Shown: positions 20,303 through 30,224, numbered from the stretch's first letter. The stretch: DNA of 64,000 bases from Nitrospirota bacterium (GCA_963701855.1 CAVPBK010000006.1:1568502-1632501); one strand, 5' to 3'. Numbers and translations are program-made. The notes: a model not told the origin generated them from the sequence alone.

Positions 20303-20437
20303 GAGGGTGGGATTCGAACAAGGGGGATCGCGGGGGATGTGTCCCCTGCGTGGGAAGCATACGAGGGGGCTGGCCCCCTCTGTAGGAGCGCGAGCAGTTT
20401 CAGTGCGCGCGACTTCGAATGCCCACCCTCTCCGCCA
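20303..20437. repeat. tRNA-Ser-derived inverted plus direct 3'-end duplication enclosing GC hairpins
   Basis: 20303-20319 is the exact reverse complement of tRNA 20214-20230. 20414-20437 repeats the tRNA 3' end with a 1-nt insertion. Confidence 0.8.
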
Positions 20438-20538
20438 TACCGAAGTGCTGAGCGATGAGTGCTTAGATCTGGAAAATAGCATACGATCTATCCTTTGCAC
20501 ATTCAGCACTCAGTTCTCAGCGTTTTGAACTTGAAGAA

Positions 20539-20639
20539 GGGGCTGGGCCCTGTGCAACAGAACCCTGTGAACCCCGCCAGGTCCGGAAGGAAGCAACGGT
20601 AAGCGGTCAGTTCTATGTGCCGCAGGATCACCTGGCCCC
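20539..20639 (+). ncRNA. ffs: Signal recognition particle RNA (4.5S)
   Basis: CAGGTCCGGAAGGAAGCAAC domain IV, terminal GGGGCTGGG/CCTGGCCCC stem, canonical position upstream of dnaX. Confidence 0.95.
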
Positions 20640-20741
20640 GCTCTTCTCTTAGATACAGTGCTGAATGATGAGTGCTGAGATTCAGAAAACAGAGTACGGT
20701 TGGCCTTCGCGTACTCAGCACTCTACTGGAGTGTAGCGACG

Positions 20742-22580
20742 TTGGATTACCAAGTCTCCGCCAGAAAATACCGTCCGGGCACGTTCGATGATGTGATCGG
20801 ACAGTCACACGTCGTTCAGACGCTGGTTAATTCCATTGCCACGAAACGAATTGCCCAAGCCTATCTCTTTTCCGGAACCCGCGGCGTGGGGAAAACCACG
20901 GTCGCAAGAATTCTTGCCAAGGCGCTCAATTGCGAGCGCGGGCCGACTGGCACGCCTTGCGGCACCTGTTCCAATTGTCTTGAGATCGCGCAGGGGACCT
21001 CTGTCGATGTCATGGAGATCGATGGAGCGTCCAATACGAGCGTGGACGATGTGCGCGAGATCCGCGAGAACGTCAAGTTTGCCGCCTTTCGCGGGAAATA
21101 CCGGGTCTACATCATCGACGAAGTTCACATGTTGTCGAACTCCGCTTTTAATGCGCTCTTAAAAACGTTAGAAGAGCCGCCGCCGCATGTGGTGTTTATC
21201 TTTGCCACTACCGAGATTCACAAGATTCCAGCGACGATTCTCTCCCGCTGCCAGCATTACAACTTCCGCCGAATTGCGCGAACCGAGATCGTCGAGCGGC
21301 TGCGCCATGTGGTCGAACAGGACCAGATTGTAATCGAAGAACGGAGCTTGATGGCGCTCGCCAGGGCCAGCGAAGGCAGCATGCGCGATGGGTTGAGCCT
21401 GCTCGACCAGGCCGTGGCGTTCGGCGGCAAAACGATCGTGCATGCAGACCTGGAAGCCTTGCTGGGGGCGGTCCCACAAGAACTTGTTCGCGCCATAATT
21501 CAGGCGATCACTGCTCAAGAAAGCGCTGCAGGTCTTCGCGTGCTGGCCCAGCTGTTGGACCAGGGGCACGATCTGCGGGCCTATTGTGCAGAGGTTGTCG
21601 AGTATCTGCGCAACATGTTGGTGGTGTCGGTGGTGCCCTCACCCCAAGAATGGCAGGGGTTGATCGAAGCCTCCGCGGAAGATCTCATGCAGATGGCGGC
21701 TGATGCCCGCTCGTTCTCGCCTGAGCAACTCCAGGAATTGCTCGTGGTCTTTACTCAAGCGGAGGACTCGCTCAGGCTCAGCGCCCATCCCCGGTTCGTG
21801 CTCGAAACAGCGGCCGTGCGCGCGACGCGGTTGCTGCGTCGCGCGGATGAAAAGCCAGGACAAACAGCGCAACACACTCAGCCGGTACGTCCATCTCAGC
21901 CGGCCCCAGTGCGCACGGGCCAGCCGGTTTCACCGGCTCGTTCCACAGATCCAGCGCCCTCCTCGCCCCCACGGTCTCCTCAATCGACAGTTCCTATGGC
22001 AGCCGCTTCGATACCGTCGAGGTCTCCTGTTGTCGGAAACATGGCGCCTCTACGAAGCCTGTCAACGAGCCCTACGAATGTCACATCTCCTGGCATGGTC
22101 GGTGAGGTGAAGGGTCAAATGTCCATGGCATCGCGCCCGACTGATGATGGTCGGGTCGCGGTGACACTCAATTGGGAACAAGTTCAAGAAGAAGTGGGCA
22201 ATACCTCTTCCAGGATTGCCGCCTTTCTAGAGAGAGGGCGGTTTGTGGGTGTGGATGGTCATGTGGTGACAGTTGGATTTGCCAAGCAGGAGATGGCGGC
22301 TCGAGGGATGATCGAGAACCCTGACAATATGGCGGTGCTCACATCGATCTGTGAACGATTGAGCGGTCAGACCGTTCGATTGCGGATTACTGAATTGTCG
22401 GAGTTGGACCCCTCTGGGCCGACAATGGCACAACTCAGGGTGGCGAAGGAAAAAGAACAACGGCTGGCACTCTTTGAGCAAGCACGGGCACATCCTGTCG
22501 TCAAGCAGGCGCTTGAGATATTCGGTGCAGAACTCGCAGAGGTCAGATCGGTGTCGAATCAGAAGGAGGTTGAGGAATGA
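20742..22580 (+). CDS. dnaX: DNA polymerase III subunit gamma/tau
   Basis: YQVSARKYRP, GTRGVGKTT, Cys cluster, IIDEVHML, SRC. Probable TTG start. Confidence 0.97.
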   Translation: MDYQVSARKYRPGTFDDVIGQSHVVQTLVNSIATKRIAQAYLFSGTRGVGKTTVARILAKALNCERGPTGTPCGTCSNCLEIAQGTSVDVMEIDGASNTSVDDVREIRENVKFAAFRGKYRVYIIDEVHMLSNSAFNALLKTLEEPPPHVVFIFATTEIHKIPATILSRCQHYNFRRIARTEIVERLRHVVEQDQIVIEERSLMALARASEGSMRDGLSLLDQAVAFGGKTIVHADLEALLGAVPQELVRAIIQAITAQESAAGLRVLAQLLDQGHDLRAYCAEVVEYLRNMLVVSVVPSPQEWQGLIEASAEDLMQMAADARSFSPEQLQELLVVFTQAEDSLRLSAHPRFVLETAAVRATRLLRRADEKPGQTAQHTQPVRPSQPAPVRTGQPVSPARSTDPAPSSPPRSPQSTVPMAAASIPSRSPVVGNMAPLRSLSTSPTNVTSPGMVGEVKGQMSMASRPTDDGRVAVTLNWEQVQEEVGNTSSRIAAFLERGRFVGVDGHVVTVGFAKQEMAARGMIENPDNMAVLTSICERLSGQTVRLRITELSELDPSGPTMAQLRVAKEKEQRLALFEQARAHPVVKQALEIFGAELAEVRSVSNQKEVEE

Positions 22581-22900
22581 AGAACCCGATGGGCAATATG
22601 GGAAATCTTTTGAAGCAAGCGCAGGCGATGCAGGCGCAAATGGCGAAGGTGCAGGAACAGGCATCGTCGAAGACGGTGACTGGAACGGCTGGTGGTGGCA
22701 GTGTGGCGGTGACCGCTAATGGGGCCATGCAGCTAGTCGGCATCGTTATCGACCCCGAAGTGGTGAAAAGCGGCGATGTGGAGATGGTGCAAGATTTGGT
22801 CATGGCCGCATCGAACGATGCCCTCAGGAAGGCTCGCGAGATGATGGCGGATGCAATGAAATCAGTTACCGGCGGGATGAACGTCCCAGGACTGCTCTAG
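22577..22900 (+). CDS. ybaB: YbaB/EbfC nucleoid-associated protein
   Basis: LLKQAQAMQ...AGGGSV...DLVMAASNDA. dnaX-ybaB-recR synteny. Confidence 0.95.
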   Translation: MKNPMGNMGNLLKQAQAMQAQMAKVQEQASSKTVTGTAGGGSVAVTANGAMQLVGIVIDPEVVKSGDVEMVQDLVMAASNDALRKAREMMADAMKSVTGGMNVPGLL

Positions 22901-22988
22901 CAGGCGGCGGAGGAACTATGTTGGCATGTGAGAGCTTCGACGGCCTGCACTACTTGGACAACAGGAGAACAGTTCAGCATCCTGCTAG
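22897..22988. mobile_element. Short MITE-like element at the ybaB stop codon
   Basis: CTAGCAGG...CATCCTGCTAG ends with CTAG on both sides. Interior resembles 24293+ and 45708+. Confidence 0.7.
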
Positions 22989-23002
22989 TAAGCGATGTGG
23001 TC

Positions 23003-23605
23003 ATGGCGGTTGATCAACAAGGATTACTCGCACGATTGGCGCGCGAGTTAGCCCGTCTTCCAGGCATCGGCCAAAAAACGGCGCAGCGATTGGCGTTCCA
23101 TGTCTTGAAGGCTGAACGCGAAGACGCGCTTCGCCTCGCGGAGGCGATTCGTGCCGTCAAAGATGGGCTCTCATTCTGCCGACAATGCCGGAACATTGCC
23201 GAGGGAGAACTCTGCGAATTCTGTCTCGACCCAAAGCGGGATCGGGCGAGAATTCTGGTAGTAGAAGAACCGAGTACGACCTATGCCATTGAGCGGGCGG
23301 GAGCCTACCGTGGCTTGTATCACGTGTTACTCGGCGCCTTGTCTCCATTGGACGGCGTCGGACCGTCCGATATCAGGGCCGAGGAGTTGGTCGATCGGGT
23401 GAAGCTTGGAGGAATTGAAGAAGTAATCCTCGCGACGAGTCCAACGATCGAGGGCGAGGCAACCGCCATCTATCTAACGAATCAACTCAAGCCTCTCGGG
23501 GCTCGGGTTTCGCGTATCGCCTATGGCATTCCAGTCGGGATGGATATCGAGTATGCTGATGAGGTGACGTTGCTGAAGTCCATCGAAGGCCGTCGGGATC
23601 TCTAG
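23003..23605 (+). CDS. recR: Recombination mediator RecR
   Basis: LPGIGQKTAQRLA, C4 zinc finger, TOPRIM (EGEATA), EYADEVTL. Confidence 0.97.
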   Translation: MAVDQQGLLARLARELARLPGIGQKTAQRLAFHVLKAEREDALRLAEAIRAVKDGLSFCRQCRNIAEGELCEFCLDPKRDRARILVVEEPSTTYAIERAGAYRGLYHVLLGALSPLDGVGPSDIRAEELVDRVKLGGIEEVILATSPTIEGEATAIYLTNQLKPLGARVSRIAYGIPVGMDIEYADEVTLLKSIEGRRDL

Positions 23606-23614
23606 CAAGACTAT

Positions 23615-23699
23615 TATTTGGTTTATTTAGTTTGTCTTGTTTGTTTGGTTAAACAAGACCAACCAGATGAACAAAATAAATTAGATGAACCAGATAGAC
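23615..23699. repeat. 9-mer-periodic palindromic intergenic repeat
   Basis: T/G-rich left arm, GGTTAAAC centre, (AACCAGAT)n right arm. Relatives at 12823, 43493, 47790, 48589, 55966. Confidence 0.75.
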
Positions 23700-23716
23700 T
23701 GGGCTCATGCTGCCCA

Positions 23717-23745
23717 TTGACCCTCCTCCAAGCCCCTGCTATAGT
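23717..23745 (+). promoter_or_regulatory. sigma70 promoter of dksA
   Basis: TTGACC-N17-TATAGT with extended TG. Confidence 0.7.
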
Positions 23746-23787
23746 TTTGCGATTTCAGACGGTTTTACCCCTCAAGCAGGTTGCAGC

Positions 23788-24231
23788 ATGAAGACAGGTC
23801 CTTCCGCCAAGCGCATTTCACCCACTCCACCGGCAGCCAAGTCTGTCACGGTCAAGCGCAAAGCTAAGACATCGTCCCAGGGGAAAAAGTACGCGGCTAT
23901 TCGTCGTGACCTTGAACGGCAGCGCAGGGCTATGTTGGAGGAGGCGGTTGAGGGTCTCGCCAATCCCAACGGCCAGGAGGCGTTCCCTGATGTCAGCGAT
24001 CAAGCGTCTGCGGAAGCTGAGCAGAATTTTTTGATGCGTATCCGTGAGCGCGAGCAACGGTTGATCAAGAAGATCGATGAGGCGCTTGCCAGAATGGACC
24101 AAGATATCTTTGGTATTTGTGAGCGCTGCGAAGAAGAGATTCCCTATCCCCGACTGAAAGCCCGCCCAGTCACCACACTCTGCATCAACTGCAAGACGCT
24201 CGAAGAACAGGAAGAGAAGGTTCGGCGCTGA
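23788..24231 (+). CDS. dksA: RNA polymerase-binding protein DksA
   Basis: PDVSDQASAE coiled-coil tip. CERC...RLKARP...CINC. Confidence 0.93.
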   Translation: MKTGPSAKRISPTPPAAKSVTVKRKAKTSSQGKKYAAIRRDLERQRRAMLEEAVEGLANPNGQEAFPDVSDQASAEAEQNFLMRIREREQRLIKKIDEALARMDQDIFGICERCEEEIPYPRLKARPVTTLCINCKTLEEQEEKVRR

Positions 24232-24292
24232 ACGTGCTGTGCTTTTCCGCTTCGAACCAGTTCGAAATGTCGCACAATGTTTTTGTAAATGA

Positions 24293-24808
24293 CTAGCAGG
24301 CTGCGGAAGAGTTATGTGGGTGCAGTAAAACACCACTGGCCCGCACGTCTGAAACAACAGGATAGCCTCATGCAGGAGGCTCAAAAATTCCAGCATTCTC
24401 ACCCACCCAACCCTGGCGACTACTTCACCCTCCTGCCCTGAGTCTGCCAAGACAGCCTCTTCGCCCAAAGACGCGTCTTGGGCCTAGCAAGGCCGTAGCG
24501 ATCTGTCACTTTATAAGGGGTGGATGGGATGATCCCGACTGCGCGCAACATTCTCACCCGCCCACCCACTGGCACGCCGAGACGTGCCATTTGCCCGGGC
24601 GAGGGCCTTTCTGATTTCCCAACTTCCCTAGAGGGAGCAGGCAGATTGTTCTTTACTGCGCGCATCGAGCGACCACCGTTTTATCGTGGGGGCTCTGCGA
24701 GCAAAAAGAACGGTCTGTCTGTTCCCTCACATCCTTCTGAGGCCGCGCGTTGCGCGAGCAAGGGGATCGTCCCAGCTACCCCATCCCCCGTTTTCAGCAT
24801 CCTGCTAG
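24293..24808. mobile_element. ~516-bp composite non-autonomous (MITE-like) element
   Basis: CTAGCAGGCTGCGGAA...TTCAGCATCCTGCTAG ends. Internal duplicated ATTCTCACCCRCCC and the CAAGGCCG core. No transposase. Confidence 0.75.
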
Positions 24809-25941
24809 TGTTTTAATGCCTTAACGCGATGTTGGACAAGTGCAATGCGATTAGCTTCATCGGGGATACCTTCGGCCAGCGCGAGATAGGTTTCGTACTC
24901 CGAGATGGCCCGTTTAGGATTCGTAGGCTCGTAGGCCTCAGCCAAGTTGTAGCGGGCAATAGCATAGTTAGGGCGGAGTATGACGGTTTTTTCGAATGAG
25001 GCAAGCGCGTTCGCCTTGTCTCCCAGCTCCGTGTACACCGTGCCGAGGTTGTTCAGAACCTCAGGATTATTGGGCCTGATGGCCAATGACTGAAGCATCT
25101 CTGTCTTGGCTTTTTCGTGCTGCCCCTTCCCTTTCCATGCCTGGCCCAGTTTATGGTGGACTTCTGCCAGCCAGACTTTATTCGTAAAGCCGCTTGCAAT
25201 CGCTTTTTGATAGGCAATGGCGGCGGTATCGTAGTTCTGGGTTCCGCAGTAGGAGAGCTGCGCGGTTTGGCCACGCGCGAATTGTTGGAGCGAGAGGAAG
25301 GGTTCCTTGTCTTCTGCGCCTTGACTGTCGAGCTGTTGTCCGGGCTTCTGGCCCGTTGGATGGCGCAATCGTTCCAAGAACTCGTGTCGATAGGGTGAGA
25401 ACAGCCGTACATAGGGGTCGATCGTTACAGAAGCCTGGAGCAATGTCGGATGCTCACGCGTACCTAGGACCAAGTATTGTGTTGTTGTTTTCTCGTCGCC
25501 GGTTTCGTACAGGGCACTGGAATCCATGCTCGTCTTTGAGGACAGGTTCGCCACGTTGAGATAGAACTCCAATACCGGCTTCAGCCGGGTTAAGGTGTGG
25601 CGGAGGACTGGATAGGGATTCAAGTCGAGCCCGGACGGAAAGGTAAAGACGGTTCCAACCAGTGTGCCATCCTCATCAAAAAAGTAGGACTCGTCGCTGT
25701 GCGATGCACTTCGGTCGGCAGGGAGAACCACTTCTTGTCCGGCGCCCCAGTCTTGTGTTTTGAGGGTAGAGGCAGGATGTGTCTTGAGGAAACTGGACTT
25801 CGAAGTACAGAGGGTTGAGGGCTTCAGGAGGACCAGATCGCTTTCAGATGGCGGGAGGTTCGGTCTTGGAGCTGGAGTTTCGCATGCATTCAGCAAGAGG
25901 CTCAGCCCTAGCCCACAGATTACCCATGGTCGAAATGACAT
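24805..25941 (-). CDS. TPR-repeat lipoprotein
   Basis: Lipobox LNAC. C-terminal TPRs (VLNNLG, ARYNLA). Confidence 0.9.
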   Translation of the reverse strand: MSFRPWVICGLGLSLLLNACETPAPRPNLPPSESDLVLLKPSTLCTSKSSFLKTHPASTLKTQDWGAGQEVVLPADRSASHSDESYFFDEDGTLVGTVFTFPSGLDLNPYPVLRHTLTRLKPVLEFYLNVANLSSKTSMDSSALYETGDEKTTTQYLVLGTREHPTLLQASVTIDPYVRLFSPYRHEFLERLRHPTGQKPGQQLDSQGAEDKEPFLSLQQFARGQTAQLSYCGTQNYDTAAIAYQKAIASGFTNKVWLAEVHHKLGQAWKGKGQHEKAKTEMLQSLAIRPNNPEVLNNLGTVYTELGDKANALASFEKTVILRPNYAIARYNLAEAYEPTNPKRAISEYETYLALAEGIPDEANRIALVQHRVKALKH

Positions 25942-26095
25942 AGCGCGAGGCGTATGCGTGTCATGTGGATTCCGACTCACGAAGAGAGCATACATGAAAC
26001 GTGAAAGGGTTTGCCAATGAGATGACAAGGCAACGCCCGCTCTCGTGAGGAGAGCGGGCGTTAAAATGAATCTGAGGGAGACCTGTCTGCGGAGA

Positions 26096-26437
26096 TTATC
26101 GCCGCTGATTATCCAGCATGGAATCTTCAGTCGTGTACCCGAAAAGGTACGGGCTCTTGCTGGGGAGCTTGTACATTGGTCGGTTCAAGCCATAATCCAA
26201 GGCGACTCCGGCTGGGTGCAAGAGAAAACCAGCCCAGCGCCAAGGATTATCGCTAGGAGCTGCTCCGGCCGCAACATCGGTATAGACCAGAGACGTGGGG
26301 TCCATGACACTGTAAATACTGGCCGGGGGGACATAGCTTCCATCTATACCAGTCGATGCCTGCTGCTGGTTGTTTCCGGCACAACCGACTGCGGTGGCCA
26401 GAAGGAGAACTCCCACGGCAAGAGCTGTAGTCCTCAT
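26096..26437 (-). CDS. Small hypothetical lipoprotein
   Basis: Lipobox VGC and GAGG RBS. Hairpin at 26032-26062 downstream. Confidence 0.75.
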   Translation of the reverse strand: MRTTALAVGVLLLATAVGCAGNNQQQASTGIDGSYVPPASIYSVMDPTSLVYTDVAAGAAPSDNPWRWAGFLLHPAGVALDYGLNRPMYKLPSKSPYLFGYTTEDSMLDNQRR

Positions 26438-26562
26438 AAGATGACCTCACTTGTCTAGTACGGTTCAGAGTCAATGGTCTCTCGATAGACTGAAGTGTAG
26501 CCGACCTTCAGGATTCTGTCCAGGATTGGAGCAGTTCAGGCAATACATGAAAACCGTCAGTT

Positions 26563-26723
26563 TAGCCCGCAAGATTCATGGCTGTTTGGCGCGAACTGGC
26601 GGAATAGCGCGCGACTCGCATGAGGTGTGAGCCCTGTTCCTGCTTGTGGTGCTTTTCCCGCTAGTCTTGCTTGAGCCAGGCATCGACGACTGCAGCCGAA
26701 ACGCCCATGAATAATGTGGGGTA
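26563..26723. mobile_element. ~160-bp MITE-like element (second family)
   Basis: TAGCCCGCAAGATTCATGG versus reverse complement of the right end TACCCCACATTATTCATGG. The imperfect IR extends ~30 bp. Confidence 0.65.
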
Positions 26724-26760
26724 GTCCAAGGGTATGAACCGGGAAGGGAGGTGGAGAATA

Positions 26761-26835
26761 TGGTAGGCGATACTGGTATCGAACCAGTGGCCTCTTCCGT
26801 GTGAAGGAAGCGCTCTACCCCTGAGCTAATCGCCT
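26761..26835 (-). tRNA. tRNA-Val(CAC)
   Basis: Reverse complement AGGCGATTAGCTCAG...CTTCC-TTCACAC-GGAAG...GTTCGATA...ATCGCCTACCA. Confidence 0.96.
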
Positions 26836-26910
26836 ACAGGACGCGAAGTCTAGCACGGGGTCGTAAATTGGATCAACCGTGACACCGGTGTCACGCGCAC
26901 CGAAGTTGCC

Positions 26911-26940
26911 TTGACATCCCCAAAATGCGGTTCCTACAAT
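26911..26940 (+). promoter_or_regulatory. sigma70 promoter of the trmFO operon
   Basis: TTGACA-N18-TACAAT. Confidence 0.65.
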
Positions 26941-26979
26941 GCCACCGCTCGCAATCCTTCTTCGCGGAGTGTTACTCGC

Positions 26980-28296
26980 ATGCGCGACGACATTGTCATT
27001 ATCGGGGGCGGTTTGGCCGGATCTGAGGCGGCGTGGCAGGCGGCCAATCGTGGAGCAAAAGTGACGCTCTATGAAATGCGCCCAAAAGAGATGACGCAAG
27101 CGCACAAGACCGGCGGTCTGGCAGAGCTGGTCTGTTCGAACTCGCTCGGCTCCACGGATCTACTGAATGCCCCCGGCATCTTGAAAGAGGAAATGCGCCG
27201 CCTCAACTCGCTCATTATTCGGGTGGCGGATGAGGTACGGGTGCCAGCCGGATCGGCTCTGGCCGTCGATCGTGAGCAGTTTTCACTCAAGATCACCCAG
27301 GCGCTGGAAGGGCATCCGAACATTCGCATTCTGCATGAGGAGATCGCAGAGATTCCAATGGACTGTCTCTGTATTCTGGCAACCGGCCCGCTGACATCCG
27401 ACAAACTGTCTCAGGCGATTGCGCAATTAACGCATACGAAACATTTGTATTTTTACGATGCGATCTCTCCGATTGTGGATGCCGATTCCATCAATATGGA
27501 TGTCGTATTTCTCGCGTCCCGTTACGGCAAGGGTGGGAATGACTATCTCAACTGTCCCATGGACGAGCCGGCCTACAACGCCTTCTATAACGCGTTGCTC
27601 GCGGCGGAGAAAGTCCAACCCAAAGAATTTGAAAAGACGCCCTATTTTGAAGGCTGTATCCCCATCGAAGTGATGGCCGAACGGGGCCGCCAGACCATGC
27701 AGTTCGGTCCGTTAAAGCCAGTGGGCCTTGAGAATCCCAAAACGGGAGCGCAAGCCTATGCCGTGGTACAGCTCAGGACGGAAAACGCCCATCGCTCCTG
27801 TTACAATCTTGTGGGATTCCAGACTAAATTGACCTACGGGGAACAGAAGCGGGTGTTTCGCATGATTCCCGGTCTGGAACAGGCAGAGTTTCTGCGCTAC
27901 GGCAGCCTGCACCGCAACACCTTTATCAATTCTCCAGAACTACTGCGCAACACCCTCCAGTTCAAGGCACGCGGCACACTCTTCTTTGCAGGACAGCTGG
28001 TCGGTGTCGAGGGCTATACGGATTCCGCTGCGATGGGAGGGTTGGCAGGAATCAATGCTGCGCGTGGTCTCGCAGGGTTGCCGTTGGTCACGCCCCCTCC
28101 CACCACCGCGCATGGCTGTCTTCTGTCGTACATCACGGCGACAGACCCTCGTCATTTTCAACCGATGAATACGAATTTCGGGCTCTTTCCTCCTCTTGCC
28201 ACCCCGACGAGAGACAAGGAACGCAAACGACGACTCACAGGACAACGGGCGCTTGAGGATCTGACAGCATGGATGACGCAATTCGAGCTTTCATGA
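26980..28296 (+). CDS. trmFO: Folate/FAD-dependent tRNA (uracil-54) methyltransferase
   Basis: IIGGGLAGSEAAWQ, ELVCSNS, FEGCIPIE, LVGFQT, GVEGY. Confidence 0.97.
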   Translation: MRDDIVIIGGGLAGSEAAWQAANRGAKVTLYEMRPKEMTQAHKTGGLAELVCSNSLGSTDLLNAPGILKEEMRRLNSLIIRVADEVRVPAGSALAVDREQFSLKITQALEGHPNIRILHEEIAEIPMDCLCILATGPLTSDKLSQAIAQLTHTKHLYFYDAISPIVDADSINMDVVFLASRYGKGGNDYLNCPMDEPAYNAFYNALLAAEKVQPKEFEKTPYFEGCIPIEVMAERGRQTMQFGPLKPVGLENPKTGAQAYAVVQLRTENAHRSCYNLVGFQTKLTYGEQKRVFRMIPGLEQAEFLRYGSLHRNTFINSPELLRNTLQFKARGTLFFAGQLVGVEGYTDSAAMGGLAGINAARGLAGLPLVTPPPTTAHGCLLSYITATDPRHFQPMNTNFGLFPPLATPTRDKERKRRLTGQRALEDLTAWMTQFELS

Positions 28297-29231
28297 CGTT
28301 TCTTGAGCTGGAACGTCACGCGTCGCACGAGACCGTGCGCAACTATGGTTCGGACCTCCGACAGTTTCAGACGTTCATGAGGGCGGAACATCCCGACGTG
28401 CCTACGTTCGATCCTGCTACAGTGCAAACGGAGTCCATTCTGGCCTATCTTCACTGGTTGGATCGCAAGCGTGAAAAAAGCACGTCGATGGCTCGGAAAC
28501 TCGCCTCCCTTCGCAGTTTCTATCGCTATCTGCAGCGAGAGAGCAGAGTGGGCCTCAATCCTGCCGAGGCTATCAGGACGCCGAAACAGCCGAAACATCT
28601 TCCGCGTGTCTTGACCAAAGACGACGCGGCAGCGCTGATGGGGTTTCCTTCCGATCAGGCAGGAGGGTCGCACCGAGACCGCGCCTTGCTGGAGACGCTC
28701 TATTCGACCGGGGCTCGTGTGAGTGAACTCGTGGGGATCAATCTCGACGATATCCATGCGTCCGAGGGGGTACTCCATCTGCGAGGAAAAGGCCGGAAGG
28801 AGCGCATCGTGCCGATCGGAGAGGTAGCTCTATGGGCCATTCAGGCATATCTGGATCAACGGCCTCTGCCTCCGATGGACTCTCGAGATCTGGTGACGAA
28901 GACGAAGCGTGTCTCGTCACCGGTCTTTCGAAATAGCCGAGGGGGACGGTTAACGACCCGGAGCGTCGCTCGCATCGTGGCCCGCTATTCTAGCCGGCTT
29001 GCCGGTGGTTCCGTGAGTCCCCATACGTTGCGGCACTCCTTTGCCACCCATCTCCTTGATGAAGGGGCCGACCTGCGGTCGATTCAAGAGATGCTTGGTC
29101 ATGTTTCATTGAGTACGACCCAAAAGTATACACATCTAGCCACGGACCAGCTCCTGGCCGTCTATGATAAGGCGCATCCGCGGGCTGGTCGCCCGACCGG
29201 CTTGCATGCCACGAAGGACGATAAGCCATGA
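28269..29231 (+). CDS. xerC: Tyrosine recombinase XerC
   Basis: YSTGARVSEL, GKGRKER, PHTLRHSFATHLL, LGH...TQKY. Follows trmFO. Confidence 0.92.
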   Translation: MDDAIRAFMTFLELERHASHETVRNYGSDLRQFQTFMRAEHPDVPTFDPATVQTESILAYLHWLDRKREKSTSMARKLASLRSFYRYLQRESRVGLNPAEAIRTPKQPKHLPRVLTKDDAAALMGFPSDQAGGSHRDRALLETLYSTGARVSELVGINLDDIHASEGVLHLRGKGRKERIVPIGEVALWAIQAYLDQRPLPPMDSRDLVTKTKRVSSPVFRNSRGGRLTTRSVARIVARYSSRLAGGSVSPHTLRHSFATHLLDEGADLRSIQEMLGHVSLSTTQKYTHLATDQLLAVYDKAHPRAGRPTGLHATKDDKP

Positions 29232-29327
29232 TGAGGATGGTCACAGCGGCAAAAACAGACTCTGAGCATCAATCGCCGTATGGGGCGAGCATCGCGTGTC
29301 GCGCTTTTCTCGCAACGGGAGCTACTC

Positions 29328-30224
29328 ATGAACAGACTCATTAAAAAGGCCAATGTCCTGATCGAAGCCTTGCCCTACATCCGCACATTCAAGGGCAAGA
29401 CGATAGTCATTAAATATGGCGGTCATGCGATGACCGATGCGCCGTTGAAAGAGAAGTTTGCCCAGGATGTCGTGCTCCTGAAGTATGTGGGTCTCAACCC
29501 GGTCATCGTGCACGGCGGGGGGCCTCAGATCGATAAAATGCTCCAGCGCTTGGGCATCGAAGCCAAGTTTCGCCATGGCGTACGGGTCACAGATGAAGCC
29601 ACGATGGAAATCGTGGAGATGGTATTGGCCGGCAAGATCAACATGGAAATCGTCGATCTCTTGAATCGCCATGGTGGCCTTGCGGTCGGCTTGAGTGGAA
29701 AGGACGGCGGGCTCATGCTTTCTCGTCCGCTCACGGCCAAAGCCTGGGCAGCCAGTCTGGAAAAGGATCTCGATGATGGCGAGGGAGACGAAGATTTTGG
29801 TTTGGTCGGAGAAGTTCAGTCTATCGATCCCACGTTGGTGCGGAAACTTCAGCAGGATCATTATATTCCCGTCATTGCACCGATCGGCACTAACCGGGAA
29901 GGGAACACATACAATATCAACGCTGATCTGGTGGCCGGATCGATGGCCGCTGCGCTGGGCGCGGAAAAACTGGTGATGATGACCGATGTGAAAGGTATTC
30001 GCGATGCGAACGGGCGTCATCTCTCGACGGTCTCACGCAAAGATGTGCAGCGTATGGTGAAGAAGGGCACGATCGGCGAAGGGATGTTGCCCAAGGTCCA
30101 TGCCTGTTTGGATGCGCTCGGAGGCGGTGTGGGTAAAGCCCATATCATCGACGGTCGAATCCCCCATGCCATTCTTCTCGAAGTGTTCACGCGCAAAGGT
30201 ATCGGGACTGAAATCACCGCATAG
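29328..30224 (+). CDS. argB: Acetylglutamate kinase
   Basis: VIKYGG, VHGGGPQI, RVTD, NINAD, GMLPK. Confidence 0.97.
   Translation: MNRLIKKANVLIEALPYIRTFKGKTIVIKYGGHAMTDAPLKEKFAQDVVLLKYVGLNPVIVHGGGPQIDKMLQRLGIEAKFRHGVRVTDEATMEIVEMVLAGKINMEIVDLLNRHGGLAVGLSGKDGGLMLSRPLTAKAWAASLEKDLDDGEGDEDFGLVGEVQSIDPTLVRKLQQDHYIPVIAPIGTNREGNTYNINADLVAGSMAAALGAEKLVMMTDVKGIRDANGRHLSTVSRKDVQRMVKKGTIGEGMLPKVHACLDALGGGVGKAHIIDGRIPHAILLEVFTRKGIGTEITA

Noticed and set aside
21840..22140. E. coli-type dnaX gamma frameshift site
   Set aside because: No A-AAA-AAG or long A-run found in the Pro/Ser-rich linker.
28269..29231. Tyrosine recombinase as a mobile-element integrase
   Set aside because: Sequence and trmFO/argB context fit housekeeping XerC.
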